From an uncultured Pseudomonadales bacterium (GTDB taxonomy: Bacteria > Patescibacteriota > Microgenomatia > UBA1400 > PJMF01), in contig CAZYNM010000001.1 of assembly GCA_964648715.1 (NCBI GenBank), forward strand, positions 80,040-144,039: a stretch of DNA of 64,000 nucleotides, in the 5' to 3' direction. The position numbers and the translations under genes were made by a program. Below, one piece after another: positions 18,491-28,962 of this stretch (the first letter of the stretch is position 1; each line of letters starts with the position of its first letter). The notes under the pieces were generated by a model. That model ran no database searches, was not told where the DNA came from, and saw only the letters and a list, made by a program, of their open reading frames with translations.

Positions 18491-19138
18491 CTATATTCCG
18501 TGGGCCAGAACCATGCCCTTTGTTCTATATATCCCAACTTTTTTAAGTGCTTGTGCACATGCCTGGATTGTAGCGCCCGTTGTGTATACGTCATCTATAA
18601 TGAGCACTCGTGTCGTATGCGGTAGCTGCAGAGCAGCCGGAGTAGCACTGTAGAGCCCATACACATTCTTTTTACGTAGCTGTTTGTTTGTTGTGCGTGC
18701 CTGCGTACTTACTGAAGTAGTTCTTTCAAGTAACTCTACGTAAGGAATGTTCTTGAGGTGAGATAGATGCTCTGCAAGTTGTTGTGCTTGATTGAAGCCG
18801 CGACTGAGTCGTTTGCTGTGGTGGAGTGGAACAGCAGTGATAATATCTGCATCGGGAATTGTGCCATGATCATACATAATCTGGGCTAAAACAGGTCCCA
18901 GTGATTGAATCCCCTCATATTTGTAGTAATGGAGTACTTCTCGTAATACACCTTCATAAACACACACAGCATGTACGCTGTATTTATCTTTATCATCATC
19001 AAATTGACAGTCTCTGTTATAAAAGCTAAGAGAAGCAATGCACTCATGGCAGAGGAGTACACCAATTTTTTTGCATACACAACAGTGCGTGGTGAAAAAA
19101 AATTCCAGAAAAAAATTTATCCAAAAGTGCAGGTTCAT
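18491..19138 (-). CDS. comF: ComF-family phosphoribosyltransferase-like competence protein
   Basis: CxxC/CxxC zinc motif, VPLH, RGFNQA, IIDDVYTTGAT. Confidence 0.92.
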   Translation of the reverse strand: MNLHFWINFFLEFFFTTHCCVCKKIGVLLCHECIASLSFYNRDCQFDDDKDKYSVHAVCVYEGVLREVLHYYKYEGIQSLGPVLAQIMYDHGTIPDADIITAVPLHHSKRLSRGFNQAQQLAEHLSHLKNIPYVELLERTTSVSTQARTTNKQLRKKNVYGLYSATPAALQLPHTTRVLIIDDVYTTGATIQACAQALKKVGIYRTKGMVLAHGI

Positions 19139-19167
19139 ATACCTAAGATGAGCATACGGAGGATGCT

Positions 19168-20778
19168 TTACTGGGGTGTAGAATCAGAAAACCTACGGAG
19201 ATATTCTCGCTGTATCTGTGCCGCATCACTAGCTCGCTTTTCTTGTAGATATGCATTATATAACGGGAGGTATGAGTAGAAAAAATGTGGGTCTAGTTTA
19301 AGAGCCTTTTCATACTGTGTAATTGCTGCCTCGGTTTCTCCCATAGCTCCATATGTGTTGCCAATATTGTGATACATAACTGGATTATCACCACCCATGC
19401 GCAGTGCCTCGCTATATTCTTTAAGAGCTTTTGAATATGCTCCTTCTTGTGCATAGGACATTCCCAGATTATTGTGAAGCCTGGAGGAATTACTGTACTG
19501 TAAAGTATATTCATAGAATCGCACTGCGTTGCCCCATAAGTAGTTCTGTCTGAGTGTAATGAGGCAGAGAATACTCACCCAAACAGAGAGTGTATATATA
19601 TTCTTATCGCTGCGTATACATCTGGGTACGTATTTCCCAGCTAGTTGTAACCACCCCGCCCAGAAGAGGAAAAAACCAACAGAAGGCAGGTAGAGCCAGT
19701 GCTCGTAAAGTATGCCATTAATAGGTACGATGCCTGATACAGGTCCAAGGAGCCCAAAAAACCACACACATCCATAGAGGGGTAGGAAGTTCTTTCTCGT
19801 ATAAGCGACATAGCAACATGCTGCACCTATAGTAACCAAAAAGAATAGCGTTGGTAGTGGCCATGGTGATCTCAAAGAAGTAATTACTTCTTGTGTCCGT
19901 TCCATATGTAGAGGATAAGGGAAGATAAGAAGCTGCCAGTACGTCCAGAGCACCCGAGTGAAGGTTAGTACTCTCACGCCCATGTTCTGTGAATAGAGTG
20001 AATCATCTTGATAAAAATTAAAAGAGTTTTGAAAATTAAGCACAGTTGCTCTAAGCAGTAAATATCCTCCACATATACAGAAGAAAATAAAGAAAATAGA
20101 CACATGTTTTCTTATGCTAGCTGTGGAGAAACCGTGTCTGCGGGTGTGCTCAAACAAAAGAAGGCCAATAAGTACAAGTGAAGCAATGCCAATTTCTTTA
20201 CTAAAAATGCTACATAGATAACTACCTACAGCTGCAAAACCAATGAACCAGCTGGGCATCTCAGCGGTAATATTGTAGAGTTTCCATTGGTACTTCTTTT
20301 GTTGAAGAGAAAGATGCATGAGAAGCACACTGAGAAGAGCAAAAACTGCTGATAGTGAGTCCCCACGTGAATTAATATATGTAACTGCTTCAGTCTGGAG
20401 GGGATGAACGGCAAAAAGAACACCAAGCCAAAAAGAGAACTTTCGTGACTTGGTGAACACGTACAGCACACCAATGCATAATACAGCAGCAACAGCATGT
20501 AGCAGGGTATTAGTGAGGTGAAACCCAAAGGGATGCAAACCCCATACAGCGTGGTCTAAGGCAAAACTAACTGTGGTTAATGGTCGATAGTAGTTACTGT
20601 GCAGGCCAGCACCTGCAATAGTATTTTCTGTAAAAATCTTTGAAAGACTAAATGAGACAACATACTCATTTTTGTAAATGAACTGTTCGTCATCCCAAAT
20701 AAAAGGATTAAAAAATGATGAAAAGTATACAAGAAAAGTGCTGACAAAGACGATGCTTATAAGAGTACGAAAGCGCAT
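19168..20778 (-). CDS. TMTC-like GT-C glycosyltransferase with C-terminal TPRs
   Basis: WDD, YYRPL, HP..TEAV..I..R, SKE, YLPS motifs; TPR repeats. Confidence 0.82.
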   Translation of the reverse strand: MRFRTLISIVFVSTFLVYFSSFFNPFIWDDEQFIYKNEYVVSFSLSKIFTENTIAGAGLHSNYYRPLTTVSFALDHAVWGLHPFGFHLTNTLLHAVAAVLCIGVLYVFTKSRKFSFWLGVLFAVHPLQTEAVTYINSRGDSLSAVFALLSVLLMHLSLQQKKYQWKLYNITAEMPSWFIGFAAVGSYLCSIFSKEIGIASLVLIGLLLFEHTRRHGFSTASIRKHVSIFFIFFCICGGYLLLRATVLNFQNSFNFYQDDSLYSQNMGVRVLTFTRVLWTYWQLLIFPYPLHMERTQEVITSLRSPWPLPTLFFLVTIGAACCYVAYTRKNFLPLYGCVWFFGLLGPVSGIVPINGILYEHWLYLPSVGFFLFWAGWLQLAGKYVPRCIRSDKNIYTLSVWVSILCLITLRQNYLWGNAVRFYEYTLQYSNSSRLHNNLGMSYAQEGAYSKALKEYSEALRMGGDNPVMYHNIGNTYGAMGETEAAITQYEKALKLDPHFFYSYLPLYNAYLQEKRASDAAQIQREYLRRFSDSTPQ

Positions 20779-20810
20779 GAACCTAGCGTATCATGAAGCA
20801 GCTGTGTCCA

Positions 20811-23800
20811 CTAGAATCTGCTCCTTACTGTAGCTTGCTTTTGAGATCGGAGTTTCAGCACGAATACCGTAAGTATCACGCTACTAAGCAGCACACCTCC
20901 CATGCTTACAAGATACAGTGGAGACAATAGGGCGCTGCGCTGTGTTACTGTGATCTGTAGTGAAATGGTGATCTTGTCTTCGGTAAGATAGAGCGCTTGC
21001 TCACCTTCAAAGTTTTGATAGGCAATAAGCACTCTATGTGGTCCAGTCTCTACGTTTTCAAAAACGACACGTCCAGTAGCATCTGTATGAGCCTCCTGTA
21101 CATTTGAATGGAGCGTTACCTGTGCTCCTTCAATTGGCAACCCGTGTACGTCTATAACCTTAATTTCTACCCGGTGGCCATTACTCTTTTTCTGTGATAA
21201 TTCTTGCTTAGATGACACTGACGTATCTTCTTGTGCGGTGTCTTTAAGCAGCTCCGAGTGCATAAGCAGTAGTGTCGGTTGGTTATTTGTGTCGGATGTC
21301 TTTGCACTTAATTCATTGGACCATGAGCCAGTTCTGCACCCATTACCACCTCTTACTTTAAAGTAGTACGTTGTGTTGGGTTGAAGATTAGTCACTGTAT
21401 ATGTCATTTGGCTGTCGAGAGGAACCGCAAGCTGTGGTGCGCCATATCTTTCTTTGTCTTCAGAAGGTCCGTAAAGGAGTGCATAGGTGTCTACTGGGTC
21501 AGAGGCTTTTGTAAAGTACAGTACAATACTGTTCCCATCTTGAGGTATCGCACCATAGAGCCAAGGCACTTGATCACCCACACTTTGTGTACAGCTTGTT
21601 ACAGAAGACGAAGAAGCTTCTGTGCTTGAGGAACTGAGTGTTCCAAACAATCCAAAGATAGAAAAACCAGCTGTACTGCAAGTTACTGTATTGGTATTTG
21701 TACTGACGCTACAATTGTTCAGCTCATGCCAAGAGCTCCCATCCCAACGGTGGATACGTAAACTATTTTCATCTTGTCCTACAACGCTCTCGTCAGAGTA
21801 TGTAACCGTTACTGACAGATTTTGTGCAAAACTAGTCACCGCTGTTCCTACGCTGGTCAATGCTTTTAAATCATAGAGATAGTCACCAACCAAATGACGG
21901 TTTTGAGGTGTCATTGTTACTCCAAGAGTTGCGCGAGACTCTACATTCTTTATCTGAACCACGGCGTCACTTCCAGTAAAACCAGCTGGTGCAGATACAC
22001 GGATGCCTCTCCCGCTTTGTAACAAACTGGCACTTCCTCCAGTGGCAGAAGGAAGCGCATCTTCTGCTGCATCAAGTACATTCGCTGAACCTGTACAGCC
22101 CGGTGTAGTGAACACTCCTGGAGTCCCGGTAGTAACAGTACCAAGCGTATCTGCAGATTTGACTCTATAGTAGTAACGAACACAAGGAAGCAAGCCTGTT
22201 AAAGAGACACTGTGGGAGGTTGTCATGGGCGAAGTATCAGTGACTGCAGTGGTGGTGCCGTAGCTACTTGTTAGCCCATACTCTACTTGAGTTGAACGGA
22301 TGTGTGAAGTCGTCCATGAAATAGTTGCTGAAGTACTACTCGTTTGTGTGGAAATAGCACTAATAATGGCCGTGGGTGCAGTTGGTACACCCGGCCATAG
22401 GTTTTGCATAGCAGTATATGCTGGTCTATCGGTGTACATGAGCGTGGTTCGATCACTTAACGTGAGCTCATATTTACTTGTTCCTGAGGTATTATTTTGA
22501 GCGAAGTCATACCAAAAAATTGGTCCAGCTACACCCCAATCCAGCAATTTTTGATATGCATCAGTAAGGTAGGAGGCTTTGGTGGTTTCACTGCCTCCCG
22601 TATTGCCTGGGTATTCAGCAGCATCTGCTGTATATCCAACTTCAGTGATCCAGATAGGCTTTGTCTCCATACCGGGAATAGTCTGCATTTTTGCATATAA
22701 AATATTGAGTTGATTGACCGTTCCGTCTGCACCAAGATCCGAATAGGGATGAAATGACATGATGTCAAAATAGCCGGATGGGTTGATCGTCGCCATCTCG
22801 GTGAGCCAGCGGTCAAGATGATGCTGCGATAAGCCACCATGGACTACTTGCAAGTCACTATCAATATTTTTGACGGTTGTATAAAAGTCACTCAAAAAAA
22901 GATAATACCAGTTCACTGATTGGGTATATGCCACCGGATCTGAGCCATCGGCATCATTAATATTCCAAAACGATGATAAGTTATTTTCATTTCCAAGTTC
23001 CCAATACGTGAAATCATTTTTATAGCACTCAACAAGCGTACTAATCCAGTCTACAAAAGTTGCTCTTTCACCGGAGCTTGCTGTCGTGGTGAGAGAGTTT
23101 GGGATAGAAACACGCGCTAATCCTTCCATACCGCGAGCTTTGAGTGAGTCCCTGATACGTGCGTAAAACTTTGTGTTGTCACCACACGTTGTTTGTGTGC
23201 CTTGATCTATTGTAAAACGTACCCATTTGATGCCCGCTGCATGCATCCTATCAAGATCAGCGTAGATACCACCAAAGTAATAGCTGTTGGGTCCATGAAC
23301 AGTGTTATACCACTCGCCAATATGCCAAGCTGCACCCTTGGTGTTAGTACTACCAGTAAGAGCTGGTGGGGTTGGTGCAGGTGTGGGATTGGTAATGCTG
23401 AAGGTATCAAATGAGACCGTAATGGGTGCATTGCTGACTGATGTGGCAAGATAAGCACGCAACCCAAGCGTGCCAGCCTGTTGAAGATTCGCAGTTGAGT
23501 CTGTTACTGATGATGTCCAATACGTAGGCTCTTTCCAGCCGTCATACCAAGCTTTGATTTTGAGTGTTGTAGGGTTTGTGCCAGAAACTTGAAAACGTAC
23601 CCAGAATTCTTTGTTAATCTCCTGCGCCATTTCGGGTATAGCTGTGTTCGCAGTGAGGTCGGTAAAGGTGCCTGCATTGTTTACCTGTATGTTTACATAG
23701 ACTTTGTTGTTGGTGAGCAATAGGACGTGTCCAAAGTACTCACTATTTGAAGTAGCGTTGCGCCGAGCAATAAGATAGAGATGCTGTGTGTTAGTGAGTG

Positions 23801-24107
23801 GCTTTTTATCAACACTAATCTTGACCTTCATGTCTACATCTGTTTCGTTAACACTGAGGAGTCTTAGTGTTCGATTTGTTGCAGTGGTTCCCTGAACTAT
23901 GGTCCCTTTACTGCCATTCACTGCATACTCGGAACTACTACCACCTCCCAAAGTATAGCTACTACCTGTGTCACTGCTGCCCCAACCATTTGCTTGAGTA
24001 CGAGTAAAGGTGTCAGAAAAAGAGACGGCAACCACGTGTACTGGTGCGCAGAGTGCATAAAAAGATGCTAGAAAAACTGCTATGTTTAGTTTGAGAGAAA
24101 CTTTCAC
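20811..24107 (-). CDS. Large surface protein: beta-sandwich + clan GH-A glycoside hydrolase domain + FN3 domains + C-terminal TM
   Basis: Signal peptide, WELGNE and WITEVG catalytic motifs, FN3 signatures (LQPNTTYYFKV), C-terminal hydrophobic anchor with basic tail. Confidence 0.78.
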   Translation of the reverse strand: MKVSLKLNIAVFLASFYALCAPVHVVAVSFSDTFTRTQANGWGSSDTGSSYTLGGGSSSEYAVNGSKGTIVQGTTATNRTLRLLSVNETDVDMKVKISVDKKPLTNTQHLYLIARRNATSNSEYFGHVLLLTNNKVYVNIQVNNAGTFTDLTANTAIPEMAQEINKEFWVRFQVSGTNPTTLKIKAWYDGWKEPTYWTSSVTDSTANLQQAGTLGLRAYLATSVSNAPITVSFDTFSITNPTPAPTPPALTGSTNTKGAAWHIGEWYNTVHGPNSYYFGGIYADLDRMHAAGIKWVRFTIDQGTQTTCGDNTKFYARIRDSLKARGMEGLARVSIPNSLTTTASSGERATFVDWISTLVECYKNDFTYWELGNENNLSSFWNINDADGSDPVAYTQSVNWYYLFLSDFYTTVKNIDSDLQVVHGGLSQHHLDRWLTEMATINPSGYFDIMSFHPYSDLGADGTVNQLNILYAKMQTIPGMETKPIWITEVGYTADAAEYPGNTGGSETTKASYLTDAYQKLLDWGVAGPIFWYDFAQNNTSGTSKYELTLSDRTTLMYTDRPAYTAMQNLWPGVPTAPTAIISAISTQTSSTSATISWTTSHIRSTQVEYGLTSSYGTTTAVTDTSPMTTSHSVSLTGLLPCVRYYYRVKSADTLGTVTTGTPGVFTTPGCTGSANVLDAAEDALPSATGGSASLLQSGRGIRVSAPAGFTGSDAVVQIKNVESRATLGVTMTPQNRHLVGDYLYDLKALTSVGTAVTSFAQNLSVTVTYSDESVVGQDENSLRIHRWDGSSWHELNNCSVSTNTNTVTCSTAGFSIFGLFGTLSSSSTEASSSSVTSCTQSVGDQVPWLYGAIPQDGNSIVLYFTKASDPVDTYALLYGPSEDKERYGAPQLAVPLDSQMTYTVTNLQPNTTYYFKVRGGNGCRTGSWSNELSAKTSDTNNQPTLLLMHSELLKDTAQEDTSVSSKQELSQKKSNGHRVEIKVIDVHGLPIEGAQVTLHSNVQEAHTDATGRVVFENVETGPHRVLIAYQNFEGEQALYLTEDKITISLQITVTQRSALLSPLYLVSMGGVLLSSVILTVFVLKLRSQKQATVRSRF

Positions 24108-24189
24108 GCAACACCGCTTCTGTTTATATCCACGTATCAGTATAAAGAGTAAAAAGATTGAAATAAAGTGTGAAGTGTAATAAAAAATG

Positions 24190-24263
24190 TGGTCGCACTA
24201 GGACTCGAACCTAGGACCTCACGAATGTGAATCGTGCGCTCTAACCAACTGAGCTATGCGACC
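24190..24263 (-). tRNA. tRNA-Val(CAC)
   Basis: GGTCGCA...TGCGACC-A cloverleaf, anticodon loop TT-CAC-AT, T-loop TTCGAGT. Confidence 0.95.
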
Positions 24264-24281
24264 AACACATGGGTGATTATA

Positions 24282-25331
24282 TCACTCAATAAGTGCAAAG
24301 TCTCTTAAGATTTGCTCTACTTCTTGAGCATTTTGAGAGAGTACAAGCCGTGTGCGTATCTGGGTGGCATTAGGTATAGCACGTACGTACCATGACAAGT
24401 GTTTTCGCATAGGCAGAAACGTGTATTTTTCTTGATGAGAGAATGCTTGTTCATACAACTTGGCATGCTCAAGTGCGATAGCGAAAATAGAATGTGGAGG
24501 GGCAGCTTCTTGGAAAATGAATGGATTACCAAGAGCCCCACGACCTATCAACACACCATCTAAACAATAGGTGCTGCAGCGCTGAAGTGCTGTGCTATAG
24601 CTATCAATATCACCATTGCCCAGGATTTTTACACCAGTGCCTTTTACCATCTGTGCAGCTTGGCCAATAAGTTCCCAGTTCGCAAGACCACCGTACTGCT
24701 GACTTAATGTTCTCCCGTGTAGTGCAATAGCAGCAACACCTGTTTCAATGAGTGTGGGTATCCAGGACTCTACAACCGGCTCGTTATATCCCACGCGTGT
24801 TTTTACGCTCACTGGGACGAGTGTGCGGATGTCCTTTTGTACAGTACGTTTGGCGACAGCAGTACGAATGTCACTGGTCATATCAGGGCAGTCTGCAAGA
24901 GTAGCCCCATTCATCCAGTCAGTTGCTCCTTGTTTGGTAGCTGCTATGATTGCTTGAGCTCGTTGAGGGTTTCTAATGAGTGCAGCACCTGCGCCAGAAT
25001 GCGCTACGTTTTTTGCGGGGCAACCCATGTTTATATCAATACCATCAAAGCCTAGCTCACATAACAGAATTGCGGTCTGACGGAAGTACTCAGGAGTTGT
25101 GCCATATATTTGCCCAATAACAGGTCGCTCAGTATCACTGTACATGAACTCTCTCAGCAGTCGCTCAGCACCATGACAAATGCCTTCCACAGAAGTGAAC
25201 TCTGTGTACATCACTGCGGGATTACCGTATTTTTTGGTAATAGTGCGGAAAGGGTAGTCAGTGAGACCATCCATTGGTGATAGTCCCAAGATGGGTGTGG
25301 AAACTGTATTCCAAAAATGGGCAGCCTGCAT
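24282..25331 (-). CDS. dus: tRNA-dihydrouridine synthase
   Basis: LSPMDG, IDINMGCP, SVKTR, LHGRT, NGDI, IGRG; start trimmed to ATG 25331. Confidence 0.92.
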   Translation of the reverse strand: MQAAHFWNTVSTPILGLSPMDGLTDYPFRTITKKYGNPAVMYTEFTSVEGICHGAERLLREFMYSDTERPVIGQIYGTTPEYFRQTAILLCELGFDGIDINMGCPAKNVAHSGAGAALIRNPQRAQAIIAATKQGATDWMNGATLADCPDMTSDIRTAVAKRTVQKDIRTLVPVSVKTRVGYNEPVVESWIPTLIETGVAAIALHGRTLSQQYGGLANWELIGQAAQMVKGTGVKILGNGDIDSYSTALQRCSTYCLDGVLIGRGALGNPFIFQEAAPPHSIFAIALEHAKLYEQAFSHQEKYTFLPMRKHLSWYVRAIPNATQIRTRLVLSQNAQEVEQILRDFALIE

Positions 25332-25392
25332 GGAAGTGATTATATCATTCTTGGCCTGGGGCAGCTGCTGCTTTTGAGGTACAATAGTGCCC

Positions 25393-26118
25393 ATGCAGCC
25401 AGTCGTTGATTTCTATGATACCTATCATGCAAAAAACGGAGTGTTTAAGGGTAGTATTTCTGAAGGTAATTTTACTTACTACTATCTAGCACCAGTGATC
25501 CGTAGAGTCCTGCAATCATTGTATCGACCAGTGGTGTTGGATATAGGCTGTGGCGTAGGTACTTTAAGCTTGTTTGCAGCACAGTATGCACATGCAGTGA
25601 TTGGTATAGATGTATCTGCACGAGCAGTTGCTATTGCACAAGCAGCAATATACCCAAGCCAGCGAGTTTTTTTTAAACAAGGTACTTTGAGTGCACCTGT
25701 ACAGGTAGCTTCGTGCATCATTTGTTGTGAGGTCTTGGAGCATGTGCCACATGATGAACAGTTCCTATATATATTGAGAGATTCACTTATCAAAGGAGGT
25801 ATCCTGATTCTTTCCACACCACTCCAAGAAACAGTGCTTGCCTCAACAAGACTTTACAAACATTTTGATGCAGAGGTCGGTCATCTACGTAGATACTCAG
25901 TTACTCAACTACGCTCACTTTTTGCACGAGTAGGCTTTGAGATAGTTGAGCTGCATAGGACGGAGAGTCCACTGCGTAATCTACTTTTTATTCTTCACAT
26001 GGATCTAGTTATCAGATGTATCCGTGGGCCACTTGTTCCATTTTTTCACTGGGTAGATGAGCAACTTTGCTGGGTATTTGGCGCAAGTAATGCAATACTA
26101 GTGGCACGAAAAAAATGA
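25393..26118 (+). CDS. Class I SAM-dependent methyltransferase
   Basis: LDIGCGVG, EVLEHV, GH.RRY motifs. Confidence 0.85.
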   Translation: MQPVVDFYDTYHAKNGVFKGSISEGNFTYYYLAPVIRRVLQSLYRPVVLDIGCGVGTLSLFAAQYAHAVIGIDVSARAVAIAQAAIYPSQRVFFKQGTLSAPVQVASCIICCEVLEHVPHDEQFLYILRDSLIKGGILILSTPLQETVLASTRLYKHFDAEVGHLRRYSVTQLRSLFARVGFEIVELHRTESPLRNLLFILHMDLVIRCIRGPLVPFFHWVDEQLCWVFGASNAILVARKK

Positions 26119-27140
26119 AACACATTGTTTTTTGCACTCCAGGGTTTGCTCCTCATATTGGTGGAGTAGAAAAGCATGTCACCGCTGTAGCCACGCAACT
26201 TGGCAGGCTTGGGTATCGGGTGAGCGTTGTCACACCAAAAGAATCACAAGGTGAAAATATCTTGCAACATTTGACCAATGTTTCTGTGATAACTCTTGAA
26301 GGAGACGCGCACAGTAAAAGAGATGTATGGTTGTGGGTACTGCGGCAGTGGCGTCTATTTGTTTTGGCAGATGTGGTGCATGTGCATGACGTAGCGTGGT
26401 GGATACTGCCCGTGCTGCCACTTATTTTTATGAAGTTTTTTATTACCTTTCATGGCTGGGAAGGTGAGTACCCAATACCACTCTTACACAAGCTCCAGCG
26501 TAGATTTTTCTCTGTGTGTGCCCGTGCTACAATTCACATTGGTGCGTATATTCAAGAATTTTATGGAGATAAACCTACATGCATTATGTATGGTGGAGTT
26601 GCTGCAGAAAATATAATGTTTGCACACAAAAGTAATAAACAATCGATTGTTTTTGTAGGGAGGCTGGCTGCAGACACAGATGTTCCACTGTACATAAAAT
26701 ATTTTAAAAAGCTTAAAGCGCAACTTCCCGCCATCACTATCACTTGGGTTGGTGATGGACCGTTACACAATCTGTGTGCCCGATATGGGCAAGTCACAGG
26801 TTTTGTTGAGCACCCAGAAAAGTATACTCAGCGGGCGCGACTGGTGTGTGCTGCATCATATTTGTCATGTTTAGAAGCAATTGCAGTGGGCAAAAAAGTA
26901 CTTGCAGTTCATTCTCATTTTTTGAAAGAACGCTACCTCAAAGTATTTCCTTTTGCTGATAGATGTATTATTGATTCCGCCTCTTTTTCTACAATGTGTG
27001 ATGTTATGACACTTTTGAAACAAGAAGAATATATAACTCAAGATACGCAAAAACAGTTGCAAAGAAGGTTACTGGATTTTACTTGGGGAGCAGTGACAAA
27101 ACAGTATGTGCATTTATGGGAAACTCAGCCACCATTCTAA
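26115..27140 (+). CDS. Glycosyltransferase family 4
   Basis: GGVEKH, FVGRL, EA...GK motifs. Confidence 0.8.
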   Translation: MKHIVFCTPGFAPHIGGVEKHVTAVATQLGRLGYRVSVVTPKESQGENILQHLTNVSVITLEGDAHSKRDVWLWVLRQWRLFVLADVVHVHDVAWWILPVLPLIFMKFFITFHGWEGEYPIPLLHKLQRRFFSVCARATIHIGAYIQEFYGDKPTCIMYGGVAAENIMFAHKSNKQSIVFVGRLAADTDVPLYIKYFKKLKAQLPAITITWVGDGPLHNLCARYGQVTGFVEHPEKYTQRARLVCAASYLSCLEAIAVGKKVLAVHSHFLKERYLKVFPFADRCIIDSASFSTMCDVMTLLKQEEYITQDTQKQLQRRLLDFTWGAVTKQYVHLWETQPPF

Positions 27141-27854
27141 TAAACGAGCATATTTATATCCAAAATATTTGCTGAAGAATACTTGACGCGCATCATCAAA
27201 ATATTTTTTAAGAACTCCTTTGTTGTGACTACTCCCACCACCACTGTGTATAACTTTCGCTTGAGGTAAGTAGTATATTTTTTGTCCACAATTAATAATG
27301 CGCCTGCAGATATCATAATCTTCCCAATACATAAAAAATTTTTCATCAAAGCCACCAATCTCATTGAAGATCGTTCTGCGTATACACAACGCTGCTCCAG
27401 AAGCTGCTTCCAAGAAACGAGGCTGTGATAAAGAAGAAAAAGAATAAAAATGCCATAGCGAGATTGGATTGTAAGGCAGATATGTATGTAGCCATGATAA
27501 AACAATAGGTGCAGTGAACCAACGATACTGCCGAGTAAAACTTAAGATGGGCACACCTTTTTCGGAGCATAGCTGTGGAGCAACACAGGCAAGTGTTTGA
27601 TGAGTTGCAAGATAGGTATATATCATCTCAACTGAACCCGGCATCACTAAAGTATCTGGATTAAGAAAAAAAAGATACTCACCAGATGCTTGTGCAGCAC
27701 CAAAGTTGCATCCTTTTGAAAAACCACGATTATCATGGTTGTTGTTTATCACTATTACTTCACTATCACTTGTGTTAGGTAATGAGGCTACACAGCGCTG
27801 TAGCTTTTCAGCATCTTTGTAGGAAACAATGATAAAACTTATTTTTTTGTGCAT
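27114..27854 (-). CDS. Glycosyltransferase family 2
   Basis: NRGF..G.N, LNPD, GGFDE.FFMY.ED.D. Confidence 0.88.
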   Translation of the reverse strand: MHKKISFIIVSYKDAEKLQRCVASLPNTSDSEVIVINNNHDNRGFSKGCNFGAAQASGEYLFFLNPDTLVMPGSVEMIYTYLATHQTLACVAPQLCSEKGVPILSFTRQYRWFTAPIVLSWLHTYLPYNPISLWHFYSFSSLSQPRFLEAASGAALCIRRTIFNEIGGFDEKFFMYWEDYDICRRIINCGQKIYYLPQAKVIHSGGGSSHNKGVLKKYFDDARQVFFSKYFGYKYARLLEWWLSFP

Positions 27855-28939
27855 ACTTGTATAGTTTTTTTAAGTATTCTCTCAAGAATTTCTCCATGCT
27901 TTTTCCAGCTCCACTGTGTGCGTACATAGTGCACGGCTTCTTCACTCTGTTTTTGGCACTTTCTGCTATCAAGATACAGCTGCAGCGCTTGAGCAAGTTC
28001 TCTGGCATCTCTTTTAATATGACAGCCAGTTCTACCATTAATAAGAGTATGGTGATAACCACCCTCATCTACTGCTATGACTGGTGTTCCACACGCCTGT
28101 GATTCAAGAGCAACTAATCCAAATGGTTCATTATGTGATAAGCAAAGTGTCGCATAGGCACCCTGATAGAAGGTTCGTACTTCTGCATCAGTGTAGGGCA
28201 GTTGTGTATCGGCAAACTCTAAAGACTTGAGTGGAATTATCTGCCTAAGAATAGCACAGGCTTGGTTAAACAAAGGATAGCCGTGAACTTCATCACGTGC
28301 CCCTACCCACAAAAAATATGATCGATTATTTACCACTTCTGCCGGAAAGAAAGTATCTGGTGCCACACCAAGTGGTGCAGATATACAATCACGGTGATAG
28401 ATCCTCTCAACGGTATCACTAATATATTTACTGTTCGCCAGAAGTTGTGTTGCTGCGTTTACTGCAGCTTTATCACACATACGAATAATATATCGACGCA
28501 GTCTCTCATAGAATCTTGTCAGGAGTTTGGACGGATAGGGAAAGAGTTTAGTCTCGTAGACAATGCGTGGTGGCTCCTCAATAAAGTAGACTGTCGGTGT
28601 CTTAAGGAATAAAAGTAGTAGAGGTGCTTGTGTGTACATACATGGATGTACCAAACAAACGTCTGGTTTTTGCGCATCTATGGTGTGTGCAAGTGAATAG
28701 GACTGAATGGCAAGTCCTATATATCCAAGTTCAGTGAGCGGCCGTAAAAACCCTGAAAAATGAGGGAGGAAAAGTGAGTGTGATCGTATAGTGGCCCATG
28801 TTGCAGTGTCAAATCTGGTAGATACAGCAGAAGTATAGTGAATAAGTGTATGACCACGTCCATGCAAATATTTGCATTGCTCTGCAATCACACGTTTAGC
28901 TCCCCCCTCGGGCACGTTATCAAATACTGCTATCTTCAT
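27839..28939 (-). CDS. Glycosyltransferase family 4
   Basis: GGAKRV and EPFGLVALESQACGTPVI. Confidence 0.88.
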   Translation of the reverse strand: MKIAVFDNVPEGGAKRVIAEQCKYLHGRGHTLIHYTSAVSTRFDTATWATIRSHSLFLPHFSGFLRPLTELGYIGLAIQSYSLAHTIDAQKPDVCLVHPCMYTQAPLLLLFLKTPTVYFIEEPPRIVYETKLFPYPSKLLTRFYERLRRYIIRMCDKAAVNAATQLLANSKYISDTVERIYHRDCISAPLGVAPDTFFPAEVVNNRSYFLWVGARDEVHGYPLFNQACAILRQIIPLKSLEFADTQLPYTDAEVRTFYQGAYATLCLSHNEPFGLVALESQACGTPVIAVDEGGYHHTLINGRTGCHIKRDARELAQALQLYLDSRKCQKQSEEAVHYVRTQWSWKKHGEILERILKKTIQVCTKK

Positions 28940-28945
28940 ATCAGT

Positions 28946-28953
28946 AGTATACT
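28946..28953. promoter_or_regulatory. Palindromic bidirectional -10 element (AGTATACT)
   Basis: Reads TATACT on both strands inside a 23-nt gap between divergent start codons. Confidence 0.55.
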
Positions 28954-28962
28954 TGACATACT

